A program made the position numbers and the translations under genes. Below the pieces are notes generated by a model. It was given only the letters and a program-made list of their open reading frames with translations, was not told the DNA's origin and did not search any database. Of a DNA stretch of 64,000 nucleotides, positions 30,719 to 40,784 are shown piece after piece (the stretch's first letter is position 1; each line of letters begins with the position of its first letter). Source of the DNA: a candidate division WOR-3 bacterium (GTDB lineage: Bacteria; Hydrothermota; Tepidihabitantia; Tepidihabitantales; Tepidihabitantaceae); NCBI GenBank assembly GCA_965649205.1, contig CBFGJV010000006.1, positions 32,001 to 96,000 of the forward strand, read 5' to 3'.

Positions 30719-31969
30719 TCAGTCTATTCTTTCCAGCCCGGACATATAAGGCCGCAGAACTGGGGGAATCAAAACTGAACCGTCAGCCTGCTGATAGTTC
30801 TCCAATATCGCCACAAAAATACGGGGCAAAGCCAGAGCGGAAGCGTTCAATGCGTGCGGATAGTAGGTAATGCCCTCATCGGTTCTGACTCTTATGTTCC
30901 CCCGTCGAGTCTGATAGTCCTCACAATTCGAAGCCGAAGAAACCTCCAACCACCGTGCCACGCCCGCCGCCCATACCTCCAAATCATACGTTTTGGCTGA
31001 TTGGAAAGCAATATCCCAAGCAGCCAGCCGCTTCACCCGATAGGGCAATCCCAAATCACGCAGAAGACTTTCTGCCTCTGAACGCATCTCTTCCAGTGCA
31101 GCATATGATTCTTCGGGTTTCACCAGGCGCACTATCTCCACTTTGTCAAACTGATGAATCCTTATCATCCCGCGTACGTCCTTGCCGTACGAACCGGCTT
31201 CGCGTCTGAAACAGGGAGTGTAAGCTACGTACTTCAGAGGCAGGTTTGCTTCTGGGATTGTCTGGCCACGATGATAACTCACCAGTTGCGGCTCAGCCGT
31301 AGGAATAAGATAGAAGCTGTCATCCCGCGTTGTATACATTTCTGTCTCCAAATGAGGTAACTGCCCAGCAGCTTCCAGCGTAACAACATTAGCCAGTACT
31401 GGCGGTGCAATCTCCGTATAACCATGACGTCTGACATTGACATCGAGAAAATAGTTGATGAGAGCTCGTTCCAGTAATGCCCCCTTGCCTCTGAACACCA
31501 CAAACCTGGAGCCAGACAACCGAGCTGCTGCTTCCAAGTCAATTATGTTCAGAGCTGCGCCCAAATCCCAATGTGCCAGCGGCTCGAAGCTGAAACTCGG
31601 CAATTCGCCCCATTCTCCCACAATTTCTTCCTCTGCCGTCACCGATTCATGTACTCGATTAGGAAGAGCCCTTACCATATTTTCCAGCTCCGCATCCAGG
31701 GCGGCCAGCTCGGTTTCCAACCGCTTTATCTCATCTGAAAGTTGTCGAGCCTCTGCCTGCATTTCTGCGCAATCCCTGCCGGCACGTCTTTCCTGAAAAA
31801 CTCGTTCCGATACCTGTTTTTGCTTATGACGCAATTCATCCCTTGTGGCCGATATTTTCCTCCGTTTTGCATCCAGCTCCAGCATACGGTCCAAGTCGTG
31901 CTTAAACCTGCGCAACTCCAGCATACGGCGGACTTCTTCCGGCCGTTCACGCACCAGTTTCAAATTCAT
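30719..31969 (-). CDS. serS: Seryl-tRNA synthetase
   Basis: N-terminal coiled coil, LIPTAE, FRREAG, RIHQFDKVE and LENYQ. Confidence 0.97.
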   Translation of the reverse strand: MNLKLVRERPEEVRRMLELRRFKHDLDRMLELDAKRRKISATRDELRHKQKQVSERVFQERRAGRDCAEMQAEARQLSDEIKRLETELAALDAELENMVRALPNRVHESVTAEEEIVGEWGELPSFSFEPLAHWDLGAALNIIDLEAAARLSGSRFVVFRGKGALLERALINYFLDVNVRRHGYTEIAPPVLANVVTLEAAGQLPHLETEMYTTRDDSFYLIPTAEPQLVSYHRGQTIPEANLPLKYVAYTPCFRREAGSYGKDVRGMIRIHQFDKVEIVRLVKPEESYAALEEMRSEAESLLRDLGLPYRVKRLAAWDIAFQSAKTYDLEVWAAGVARWLEVSSASNCEDYQTRRGNIRVRTDEGITYYPHALNASALALPRIFVAILENYQQADGSVLIPPVLRPYMSGLERID

Positions 31970-32594
31970 AGGGTATTCTATGAGACACTTCTTTTCTCGT
32001 CAATTTCTCCGCCCGGGAAATCATCTCCGCAGCTGCCTTTACCAGAAAATCATATTCTACATTCACCTTGCTCCCTCCTCTCAATTCCTTCAGGTTTGTA
32101 TTCTCCCAGGTATACGGAATCACATTGACGTGGAAGCAAGTTTGAGTTACAAGGGCCACGGTCAGACTCACACCATTCACGCACACAGAACCGCGGTCAA
32201 CCAGAACTCGTGCTCCTCTGCTGGTGAGCTGCAGACTAATCTCCCAGTACCCCGACCTACGCTCCACCTTACGTACCTGCAGCACTTCATCCACATGTCC
32301 CTGAACAAAGTGTCCTCCCAGCCGTTCGCCCACCATCAGAGCCCGCTCCAGATTCACCCGCGAACCTACCTTCAGACTGCCTAACGTAGTTGCTTTCAGT
32401 GTAGCCGCCACCGCCTCTACCTCAAAACTTTGTCCAGTTGCCTTCACCACCGTCAGACAGCATCCGTCTACGGCGACGCTGTCACCCTGCCTCAGCTGCC
32501 CTGCGAACTTTGCGGCAACACGCAAGCTGCGGTTATCTCCGAGTCCTGAAATTCGCAGAACCTTGCCAACTTCCTCTATGAGCCCGGTAAACAC
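31947..32594 (-). CDS. ribE: Riboflavin synthase (alpha chain)
   Basis: MFTGLIEE, GCCLTV, VNLERA and GGHFVQGHVD. Confidence 0.95.
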   Translation of the reverse strand: MFTGLIEEVGKVLRISGLGDNRSLRVAAKFAGQLRQGDSVAVDGCCLTVVKATGQSFEVEAVAATLKATTLGSLKVGSRVNLERALMVGERLGGHFVQGHVDEVLQVRKVERRSGYWEISLQLTSRGARVLVDRGSVCVNGVSLTVALVTQTCFHVNVIPYTWENTNLKELRGGSKVNVEYDFLVKAAAEMISRAEKLTRKEVSHRIPYEFETGA

Positions 32595-32596
32595 TG

Positions 32597-33703
32597 TTAG
32601 TTCATAACTTTCATGGACCTAGCCGGACCGACTACATACCCTTCAGTCAACACATCCTCGCCAAAACACCTGTGCCGGACCTTCTGCAGAACCAGTGCCC
32701 GTCCAAAGCTACGCGGCTTCATCCTGGCACCAAAACTTCGACCCGGTCCTATAATTTTCGGAGCGTGAAAGAAACATATCTTGTCCACGATGCCGGCATC
32801 CATAGCCGTGGCGGCCACCATTGCCCCACCTTCCACCAAAACCGACATAACTTCCCGACGATATAACTCGGCCAAAATGCGAGACCACGACAAAATTCCT
32901 GACTTATTTCCCCTGCCTATCGCCACCACCTCTGCTCCAGCTCGTTCCAACAGCTCTCTCCGTTTCTGGTCGCGCGAACTGGTAAACACCAGCGCAATTC
33001 CTTTACCTCTTAGAAATCGGCTGCGAGAGGAAACTCTCAACTCAGAATCCAGCACCACCTTCAACAAGGGCCGCCTCCGATTCAACCGACAATCCAAACT
33101 GGGGTCATCATATAGTATCGTTCCCGCTCCCACGAGCACTGCGTCCGACGCCTGCCGCAGTTTCTGCACTTCTCTCCTTGCCTTTTCACCTGTAATCCAC
33201 TGCGACTCCCCCCTGCTAGTTGCCACCATGCCATCCAGACTCAGAGCCAGTTTCAGAGTGACAAAAGGCCTGTGCCGCGTATGGTAACTAAAATACCCCT
33301 CATTCAGACGTTTCGCCTCTTCGGTCAGCATCCCCACCTGTGTAAATATCCCAGCCTCAGACAAACACTTCATTCCCCGACCCCGGACTCGAGGATGAGG
33401 GTCCAGCGTAGCCGCAAAAACGCGTCTTACGCCGGCTCGTATCAAAGCATCGGTGCAAGCACCGGTCTTACCGCAAAAACAACAAGGCTCCATGGAAACG
33501 AAGAGGTCAGCCCCGCGAGCCCTGGCTCCCGCCTGCTTTAGAGCTTCAATCTCTGCATGTGGCCCACCGAAACGGCGATGATAACCACATCCAACTAACT
33601 TGTTTCCCTTGACCAGTACTGCTCCCACCATTGGATTTGGAGAAGTGAAACCCTGGCCGCGTCGCGCCAGACGCAAAGCCAGACGCATCATCTGCTCGGA
33701 CAC
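32597..33703 (-). CDS. ribD: Riboflavin biosynthesis deaminase/reductase
   Basis: PNPMVG, HAE, EPCC, SLDG and VEGG. Probable GTG start at 33703, 5 nt after TTGACA-16-TATGAT. Confidence 0.95.
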   Translation of the reverse strand: MSEQMMRLALRLARRGQGFTSPNPMVGAVLVKGNKLVGCGYHRRFGGPHAEIEALKQAGARARGADLFVSMEPCCFCGKTGACTDALIRAGVRRVFAATLDPHPRVRGRGMKCLSEAGIFTQVGMLTEEAKRLNEGYFSYHTRHRPFVTLKLALSLDGMVATSRGESQWITGEKARREVQKLRQASDAVLVGAGTILYDDPSLDCRLNRRRPLLKVVLDSELRVSSRSRFLRGKGIALVFTSSRDQKRRELLERAGAEVVAIGRGNKSGILSWSRILAELYRREVMSVLVEGGAMVAATAMDAGIVDKICFFHAPKIIGPGRSFGARMKPRSFGRALVLQKVRHRCFGEDVLTEGYVVGPARSMKVMN

Positions 33704-33777
33704 GGCCAATCATAGAACTGCTTCCCTCGATGTCAAGCACGGGCAGGATAGGGCCTTGGAACGAAGAGAAATTCTAC

Positions 33778-34821
33778 TTATCTGTCTGCATCGCCGGGCT
33801 GGCTCTGGCTTTCCTGCCTGCGCCCGGAATCTAACTTGGGGAAAAAGGCCTCATCGGCCCGAAAAAACTGCGGAACTGTTATCCAGCTTCTCACCTTCCG
33901 ACCCTCTTTTATGGCCGGTCGAAATTTGGCCCTTTGTACATTGAGCAAGGCAATCGTGTCCAGAAACCTGACTCCGCTGGAACGCTCAAGTTCCAACCGG
34001 GAAACAGACCCATCTGGTTCTATCAGCGCCCTGACGAGAACAGTAGCCGTGTCTTCAGGTTTTACTCTGGGCAACTCGGCAATACTGACAACCTCTGCCG
34101 GCTGGTCAACCGGTGCCGGTATCGGCAAAGGCAAAACTGCAGAAGGTTTCTCCGCCGGTGTACTTACACCTCGAGCAACTGTTACAGCTCCCTTTTCGGA
34201 CGCAATCCGCACCTTTGCTACAGTGACCACCGCTTCTGGTTGAGAATCTGTGCCTGGTGCACTAGTGGCGGAGTGATATTCACGGCGAGAAGGCTGACTC
34301 TCAACCTCCGCCTCTGTCCTGTTTTCATAGTCTTTTACAGCGGAAACTACATTTTTCAACGACTCTGGAGCCCTCCTACCACGACCAGATTCCTCCGTCA
34401 GTGACATAGAATCCGGCGTGCGTGACGCTGTCCCGTCGACACCCGGTTTCTGCGTTCCGCTCCATAACTGCCACCCGATAACCGCCAGAACCACTATAAC
34501 CGCCAGCCCGCCAGCCAAGACTGCTACCCGAAACCACGAAAACACCGGTTCGAATGTCTGGTGAAGTCGTCTCCTGCCCATCCCGCGGATACGTTTCCAC
34601 ACCTGTTGTCTGTGCCAGTCCCAGTAGTCATCAGCCAATTCCGGGCCGGTGTCTCTCTCCTTCACTAATCGGTACAGGGTTTCCAGTGTCGCCAGCTCGG
34701 CCCGACAGCCCGCACAAACCCGCAGGTGTTCCTCCACTCGTAACCTGTGAATGGTATCCAGCTCTCCATCCAGATAGGCTCCCAACCATTGCAAACAACT
34801 CTGACAGTCGTGCTTCATCAC
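33778..34821 (-). CDS. Zinc-finger anti-sigma factor with a TM helix and a C-terminal TonB-like domain
   Basis: YLDGEL...HLRVCAGC (HxxxCxxC), one TM, Pro/Ser-rich linker, then IEPDGSV...SSG...LD...FRPA...G TonB_C pattern; overlaps the ECF sigma gene. Confidence 0.8.
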   Translation of the reverse strand: MMKHDCQSCLQWLGAYLDGELDTIHRLRVEEHLRVCAGCRAELATLETLYRLVKERDTGPELADDYWDWHRQQVWKRIRGMGRRRLHQTFEPVFSWFRVAVLAGGLAVIVVLAVIGWQLWSGTQKPGVDGTASRTPDSMSLTEESGRGRRAPESLKNVVSAVKDYENRTEAEVESQPSRREYHSATSAPGTDSQPEAVVTVAKVRIASEKGAVTVARGVSTPAEKPSAVLPLPIPAPVDQPAEVVSIAELPRVKPEDTATVLVRALIEPDGSVSRLELERSSGVRFLDTIALLNVQRAKFRPAIKEGRKVRSWITVPQFFRADEAFFPKLDSGRRQESQSQPGDADR

Positions 34822-35387
34822 GATGGTAAATAGTCTTTCAACAATTCTCGCAACTTAAGCCGTGCCCGGTTGAGACGGGACATCACCGTCCCAACCGGAA
34901 TCCTCAAAGAGTGTGCTATTTCACTGTAGCTCAATTCATCCCTGACGCGCAATACGAAAACCGCTCGCTGGTCAGGAGGTAGCCGGGTTAGAGCTCTGTC
35001 CAAGTCACGGGAAAGCTCCGCCTCGGCTGGAGACCCTGCCGGATCTGGTACGTCCTGCCATTCCGCCCCGGCTTCACCCGCAGGCAACGGTACGGTGCGC
35101 TGCTGTCTGTTACGTTTGAAATGGTTCATGCACAAATTCACGCAGATACGGTGCAACCAGGTGTAGAATCGGTAATGTTCGTCGTACCGACCTATAGCGC
35201 GATAGGCGCGCACGAAGGTCTCCTGACAAATGTCTTCTGCATCCGGGTGGCTGCGTACCAGCGAATAAGCCAACCGATAAATAGCTTGATTGTATCGTCT
35301 CATGAGTTCATCGAAAGCCCGGGTATCGCCTTTCTGCACCAGCCGGATAAGTTCCAGGTCCGACACTGTGCCTTGTGGTTCACCCAT
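34818..35387 (-). CDS. ECF RNA polymerase sigma factor
   Basis: DAEDICQETF, FYTWLHRI and SYSEIA...GTVMSRLNRAR. Confidence 0.95.
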   Translation of the reverse strand: MGEPQGTVSDLELIRLVQKGDTRAFDELMRRYNQAIYRLAYSLVRSHPDAEDICQETFVRAYRAIGRYDEHYRFYTWLHRICVNLCMNHFKRNRQQRTVPLPAGEAGAEWQDVPDPAGSPAEAELSRDLDRALTRLPPDQRAVFVLRVRDELSYSEIAHSLRIPVGTVMSRLNRARLKLRELLKDYLPS

Positions 35388-35392
35388 ATATA

Positions 35393-35420
35393 TTTACGAT
35401 TGTACCGCTGCAATTATTCC
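35393..35420 (-). promoter_or_regulatory. Putative ECF-type autoregulatory promoter
   Basis: GGAAT-17 bp-CGTAAA, ending 5 nt before the ECF ATG. Confidence 0.5.
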
Positions 35421-35444
35421 CTGATAAGTGACGGCCCATCTTGT

Positions 35445-35475
35445 AAAAAAGACAAACCGCTTCCTGGTGAAGCGG
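35445..35475 (-). terminator. Intrinsic terminator after secY
   Basis: CCGCTTC-ACCAG-GAAGCGG followed by TTTGTCTTTTTT on the minus strand. Confidence 0.7.
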
Positions 35476-35537
35476 CATCTGTGGGAACGAGTCTTTCTAG
35501 GTTTTCCGGCTGCAGCTTCCGTAGTCGTCAGTCCCGA

Positions 35538-36848
35538 CTAGCCGAACCTGCGTCCTTGGAACTTGCCGCCCTTGATTAATCCTTCGTAATGGCGCATAAC
35601 CAGATGTGCTTCTATCTGCTGTAGGGTATCCAGAGCCACACCCACAATAATCATCAGAGTTGTACCGCCAAAGTAAAAGGGAACCCTGAATACGTTCATC
35701 AGATACAAGGGCAGAAGCGCCATAACCACCAGAAAAAGAGCCCCAGGCAGAGTGATAAGAGACAGCCGCCGGTCTATGTAACGGGCCGTATTCTCACCCG
35801 GCCTGATTCCGGGAATAAACCCTCCATACCGCTGCATGTTATCAGCCAAGTCCAGAGGATTAAATACTACCGAAGTATAAAAGTAGGTGAAAAAGATAAT
35901 CAGCGCTGCAAACAGCAGATTATATAGCCATCCGCCAGCAGACAGAATGCTGGCCAGTGTTTGGAAAAACGGAAGTTTGATAAGTCCCGCCAAGGTGGAA
36001 GGAAACACCACCAGACTCTGAGCAAAAATAATGGGGATCACCCCAGCGGTGACCACGCGCAAAGGAATGTGAGTTGACTGTCCCCCGTACATCTTGCGGC
36101 CGACAATGCGCTTCGGATACTGAACCGGTATCTTGCGTACGGCCATCGTCATCATTACCACACCGGCATACACGCCAAACACCATAAGACCAATGATGAT
36201 GAGCGCCAGCCAGGAAAGCTCGCCTGCCCGCACCATGGCAAAGGCTCGACCAATATCAGCTGGAGTAGAATCCAGACAACCTACAAGTATCAGGAAAGAA
36301 ATACCGTTGCCAATTCCCCGGTCCGTTATCTGCTCGCCCAGCCACATAACAAATATGGTACCGGCGGTAAGAGTGAAAACTGTCATCAGACGAAAGAAAA
36401 AGCCCGGGTTCATCACGATGGGTCCGAATGCGGTCGGCGCCTGATTCTCCAGGTAAACTGCAATGCTGGCCGATTGAATAATAGCCAGCCCAACCGTGGC
36501 ATAACGAGTGTATTGGTTTATCTTCTTACGCCCTTCTTCATCGCGCTGCAGCTTTTCCAAATAGGGAAAAACCGAACCCATGAGCTGGAAAATAATGGAA
36601 GCGGAGATGTAAGGCATCACCCCTAACGCAAACACCGAAGCACGGGAAAGCGCACCCCCTACAAAAATGTCGTACAGACCGAACACTGTCCCCCGCAACT
36701 GACCCAGAAGATAACCCAGAGCCTGACCATTGATACCGGGTACTGGGACATGAGTACCTAACCGGTAGACCACTATCATGGCCAGAGTAAAAATTATCTT
36801 CTTACGCAGATCTGGAATCTTGAATATATTGGGAGCGCTGCCCAGCAT
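35538..36848 (-). CDS. secY: Preprotein translocase subunit SecY
   Basis: ALGVMPYISASII, WLGEQIT..GIGNGIS, FIPGIRPG and FGGT. Confidence 0.98.
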   Translation of the reverse strand: MLGSAPNIFKIPDLRKKIIFTLAMIVVYRLGTHVPVPGINGQALGYLLGQLRGTVFGLYDIFVGGALSRASVFALGVMPYISASIIFQLMGSVFPYLEKLQRDEEGRKKINQYTRYATVGLAIIQSASIAVYLENQAPTAFGPIVMNPGFFFRLMTVFTLTAGTIFVMWLGEQITDRGIGNGISFLILVGCLDSTPADIGRAFAMVRAGELSWLALIIIGLMVFGVYAGVVMMTMAVRKIPVQYPKRIVGRKMYGGQSTHIPLRVVTAGVIPIIFAQSLVVFPSTLAGLIKLPFFQTLASILSAGGWLYNLLFAALIIFFTYFYTSVVFNPLDLADNMQRYGGFIPGIRPGENTARYIDRRLSLITLPGALFLVVMALLPLYLMNVFRVPFYFGGTTLMIIVGVALDTLQQIEAHLVMRHYEGLIKGGKFQGRRFG

Positions 36849-36853
36849 CTCAG

Positions 36854-37306
36854 TTACTTCCCTGCCGCAATGGGCACTACTTCAGCTTTGCCGCCAACCG
36901 CTTCGATCTTTTCTTTCGCCGTCTTGGAAAAAGCGTGAGCCTGCACCACAATTGGCCCGGCCAACTCTCCGTCTCCAAGTATCTTAACCCGGTTGCCGCG
37001 CTTCACCACGCCCCGCTCGCGCAATACTTCGGGGGTAATCTTGTCAGTCTGCATCTTGGCCAGACTGGCCAGATTCACCACCTCGTATTCCTGCCGGCAG
37101 TAATTCTTAAATCCCCGTTTGGGGATGCGGCGATAGAAAGGCATTTGGCCGCCCTCAAAGCGGGCGTCAAATTCAGGTGCAGAATGTTGACCTGCGCCTT
37201 TGTGGCCCCGGCCTGAAGTCTTGCCGTGACCAGACCCCGGCCCACAACCGCGCCGCTTACGTCGCTTGGTCGCTCCGGGATTAGGAGACAACTCTACCAG
37301 TCTCAC
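36854..37306 (-). CDS. rplO: 50S ribosomal protein L15
   Basis: GSGHGKTSGRGHKG and FEGGQMP..RRIPKRGF. Confidence 0.97.
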   Translation of the reverse strand: MRLVELSPNPGATKRRKRRGCGPGSGHGKTSGRGHKGAGQHSAPEFDARFEGGQMPFYRRIPKRGFKNYCRQEYEVVNLASLAKMQTDKITPEVLRERGVVKRGNRVKILGDGELAGPIVVQAHAFSKTAKEKIEAVGGKAEVVPIAAGK

Positions 37307-37482
37307 AATTCCTCCACCTTTACCAGGTGCTTAACCTTGAACAACATACCTCTAATAAGCGGTTCATCTCTGTGCACGCGCACCATCCCCCTTCGCCGCA
37401 AACCCAGGGCCAGAGCCGTCTTTCTGACCCCCGGTTTCTGATCAATCAGGCTACGCACCAGTGTAACTTTCAACTGTTTCAT
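37303..37482 (-). CDS. rpmD: 50S ribosomal protein L30 (not in the ORF track)
   Basis: Manual translation [59 protein letters not shown]; lies between rpsE and rplO. Confidence 0.93.
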   Translation of the reverse strand: MKQLKVTLVRSLIDQKPGVRKTALALGLRRRGMVRVHRDEPLIRGMLFKVKHLVKVEEL

Positions 37483-38014
37483 GAGCTCTTTCCCTTTTCA
37501 CAAAATGAGAAATCGGCTTGTTGCAGGCACGGGCCACCTGGTCGATGGTACGAAGTTTCTTCAGCGCAATAATTGTGGCGCGCGCCGTACTGTAGGGATT
37601 GCGCGACCCCAGAGACTTAGATAAGGCATCCTTCAGCCCCACCGCTTCCAGCACTGCGCGTACGTGACTGCAAGCAATCAGACCGGTACCAGCTGCTGCC
37701 GGTCTTACCAACACCTTGCTAGCCCGGAACTTACCATAGGTTTCATGCGGTATCGTACGACCCTTGACTGAAACCTTGACCATATCTTTCTTGGCACGGG
37801 CTGTAGCCTTGCGCACCGCAGCCGCCACTTCGGACGACTTGCCATGACCCAACCCCACCTGACCCGCACCGTCTCCTACGACAACCGCGGCGGAAAGCTT
37901 CATCCGCTTGCCGCCTTTCACAACCTTGGATACGCGCTTTATGTCTATAACCCGTTCAATGAGCTCTTGCTCAGGCAGGCTCAGTTCGTTTTCGGTATCG
38001 TGCTGTTCAATCAA
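37451..38014 (-). CDS. rpsE: 30S ribosomal protein S5
   Basis: [25 protein letters not shown] and KSLGSRNP. Confidence 0.96.
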   Translation of the reverse strand: MIEQHDTENELSLPEQELIERVIDIKRVSKVVKGGKRMKLSAAVVVGDGAGQVGLGHGKSSEVAAAVRKATARAKKDMVKVSVKGRTIPHETYGKFRASKVLVRPAAAGTGLIACSHVRAVLEAVGLKDALSKSLGSRNPYSTARATIIALKKLRTIDQVARACNKPISHFVKRERAHETVESYTGA

Positions 38015-38358
38015 AACTTCAGTCCTCCTTCGCGCGCGCCATCAGCCACAGCCTTTACGCGACCGTGATAATTATAGCCCGCGCGGTCAAAAACCACGGC
38101 GGTTATGCCCAGCTCTTTTGCTTTAGCCGCAATTAACCGCCCTACTTCCTTGGCCGCTTCCATCCGCTTCAGCTTTTTCTCTCTTATCGCCGGTGTCAAA
38201 GAAGAAACACCGGTCAGAACCCTACTTGCGGAATCATCCACCAGTTGGGCAAACATATTGGCATTACTACGCTTTACGCAAAGACGGGGACGCTCGGCTG
38301 TGCCGACCACCCGCTTGCGTATATGCAGGTGACGTCTTTTTCTGGGATTCCGAATCAT
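38011..38358 (-). CDS. rplR: 50S ribosomal protein L18
   Basis: GTAERPRL and [29 protein letters not shown] 38358 lies 7 nt after TTGACA-16-TAGTAT. Confidence 0.96.
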   Translation of the reverse strand: MIRNPRKRRHLHIRKRVVGTAERPRLCVKRSNANMFAQLVDDSASRVLTGVSSLTPAIREKKLKRMEAAKEVGRLIAAKAKELGITAVVFDRAGYNYHGRVKAVADGAREGGLKF

Positions 38359-38399
38359 TCTGGCAATACTATCCGAAAAACCATTTTTGTCAACCTCAT

Positions 38400-39347
38400 T
38401 CAATCCAACGTCTGGGCGAGTATCCGAAATATCAACTCATCATAGGAAATGCCTGCAGCCTGGGCCTCGGCCGGCAGGTCCGACATATCTGTAAGACCGG
38501 GAAGCGTGTTAATCTCCAGAAAATAGGGATGTTTTCCATCTTTTACTATCAGGTCCAGTCGGGCAAACCCGCGGCAGCCTATCAAGCGGAAAGCCTCCAA
38601 CGCCATTTCTGATACCCGTTCCGCAGTTTTCGCGTCCAGACGTGCCGGAACAATGAACTCTGTTTCTCCTCGCGTATACTTTGCCTGAAAATCGTAGAAC
38701 TGCTGCCGCTTGGGTACCAGCTCCAGAATAGGTAGTGCCTTGTCCTCCAGAATGCCCACTGTAGCAATCATACCAGATATGAAAGGTTCAATGATAATGT
38801 CGCCGTAGCCCCGGTGCACCTTCAGGCAGATATCTTCTGCCCCTCTCTTGCCAGAAATTACCTCCACGCCCACACTTGAACCTTCGGAACGGGGCTTGAC
38901 AATCATCGGATAACCAAATTTCTTTTCTGCTGTAACAAGTGCTGGCGCAATCTCCTGTTCGGTACGCACGGCCACAAAGTCAGGAGTGGGGATACCCGCC
39001 TGCCTGAGCAGCATTTTCGTCAGCAACTTATCCATTCCAACGGCCGAGGCGGTAACGCCGGAACCGGTATAGGGTATTCCCTCCAACTCGAGGAAACCCT
39101 GGATGGTACCGTCCTCGCCCGGGCGGCCATGCAGAATAACAAACGCAATGTCAATCTTCGCTTTCTTTATCTGAGTGGCAAAACCCCGCGTGATGTCTAT
39201 GCCGATGCCAGTCAAACCTTGGTCAGCCAGAGACTTCAACACCCGTTGACCAGAACGGAGAGAAATTTCTCTCTCGCTCGACCACCCGCCCATAAGGACG
39301 CCGATCCGGCGCTTTCTCAACCTGCGCAACAAATCGCTTCTACTCAT
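38400..39347 (-). CDS. ddl: D-alanine--D-alanine ligase
   Basis: [32 protein letters not shown] and EINTLPG. Confidence 0.95.
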   Translation of the reverse strand: MSRSDLLRRLRKRRIGVLMGGWSSEREISLRSGQRVLKSLADQGLTGIGIDITRGFATQIKKAKIDIAFVILHGRPGEDGTIQGFLELEGIPYTGSGVTASAVGMDKLLTKMLLRQAGIPTPDFVAVRTEQEIAPALVTAEKKFGYPMIVKPRSEGSSVGVEVISGKRGAEDICLKVHRGYGDIIIEPFISGMIATVGILEDKALPILELVPKRQQFYDFQAKYTRGETEFIVPARLDAKTAERVSEMALEAFRLIGCRGFARLDLIVKDGKHPYFLEINTLPGLTDMSDLPAEAQAAGISYDELIFRILAQTLD

Positions 39348-39386
39348 AGTGTCTCACCTCTTCAGCATAAAGAACGAGTCCATATT

Positions 39387-40784
39387 CTACCATACCCCGG
39401 TTTTCAAATACTCGTCTATGGAATTCGCCGCCAATCGGCCGGCGCCCATCGCCAGAATAACCGTTGCCGCACCTATCACTATATCTCCGCCAGCGAAAAC
39501 ACCCTTCTTGGAGGTCCTGCCGGTCTTGGGATCGGCTACAATCGTGCCCCATTTGGATATCTCCAGACCAGGTGTTGTCTGCGGGATCAGCGGATTAGGA
39601 CCGTTGCCGATCGCAACCACAACGGTGTCAACAGGAATACGAAACTCCGAACCGGGAATAGGAACTGGCCGTCTGCGACCGGACGCATCCGGTTCCCCCA
39701 GCTCCATCCGCAAACACTCTATCTCCCTCACCCACCCTTTTTCGTCTGTAACGTACCGCACGGGATTGGTCAGAAATAAGAATTCTATCCCTTCTTCCTC
39801 AGCGTGATGTATCTCCGCTGCTCGTGCCGGCATCTCCTCCCTGGACCGTCGGTAGATTACAAGGGACCGCTCTGCTCCCAGTCGCAACGCGGTACGAGCT
39901 GCATCCATAGCCACATTTCCGCCACCAATGGTTGCCACTTGCCTGCCCCGCACTATGGGCGTGTCATAATAGGGAAATAGATAAGCCTTCATAAGATTGG
40001 AACGGGTCAGGTATTCATTAGCGGAATAAATACCCAGAGCATTTTCTCCTGGTATCCCCATAAACCAAGGGCGGCCCGCGCCAGTCCCGATAAACACCGC
40101 ATCAAATTCCTCCAGCAGCTCATCCACCGTCTTCGTCATGCCCACCACGTAATTCAATACCAGCTTGGCACCGGTGCGGCACACAAAATCAACTTCTCGC
40201 TGTACTATCGCTTTGGGCAAACGGAATTCCGGTATGCCATACACCAGAACTCCACCCGGTTTATGCAAAGCTTCAAAAATGGTTACCTCGTGTCCCAGTT
40301 TCAGACAATCACCAGCCACGGTCAACCCGGCAGGCCCTGAACCTACTACTGCCACATTCTTCCCGGTCGGAGGCAACTTCTCGCACATCACGCATTCTGC
40401 CTGCTCTGCTTCCCAATCGGCGATGAACCGTTCCAGATTGCCGATAGCCACCGGTTCCATCTTCTTGCCCAAAACGCACTCACCTTCGCATTGCGTCTCC
40501 TGAGGGCAGACTCGTCCGCATATAGCCGGCAGCACATTCGTCCGTTTCATTATCTTCATCGCCTCCAGGAAGGCACCCTCGGCAATCTGACTCACGAACC
40601 CCGGTATGTCCACTTCTACCGGACAACCCTTCACACAGGAAGGCTTTCGACACTGCAGACACCTCTGGGCTTCGGCTATGGCTTCTTCCGGCGTATATCC
40701 GTACGGCACCTCGTCAAAATTACGTGCCCTCAGCTTGGGGTCCTGCTCTCGCATCGGCGTACGTTTGGGATTTGGTCTAGCCAC
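39387..40784 (-). CDS. nfnB: NfnB/SudA (GltD-like) electron-bifurcating transhydrogenase subunit
   Basis: RCLQC..PSCVKGCP, CGRVCPQETQCE, GSGPAG, GIPEFRLP and GGGNVAMD; paired with nfnA; probable GTG start at 40784. Confidence 0.88.
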   Translation of the reverse strand: MARPNPKRTPMREQDPKLRARNFDEVPYGYTPEEAIAEAQRCLQCRKPSCVKGCPVEVDIPGFVSQIAEGAFLEAMKIMKRTNVLPAICGRVCPQETQCEGECVLGKKMEPVAIGNLERFIADWEAEQAECVMCEKLPPTGKNVAVVGSGPAGLTVAGDCLKLGHEVTIFEALHKPGGVLVYGIPEFRLPKAIVQREVDFVCRTGAKLVLNYVVGMTKTVDELLEEFDAVFIGTGAGRPWFMGIPGENALGIYSANEYLTRSNLMKAYLFPYYDTPIVRGRQVATIGGGNVAMDAARTALRLGAERSLVIYRRSREEMPARAAEIHHAEEEGIEFLFLTNPVRYVTDEKGWVREIECLRMELGEPDASGRRRPVPIPGSEFRIPVDTVVVAIGNGPNPLIPQTTPGLEISKWGTIVADPKTGRTSKKGVFAGGDIVIGAATVILAMGAGRLAANSIDEYLKTGVW

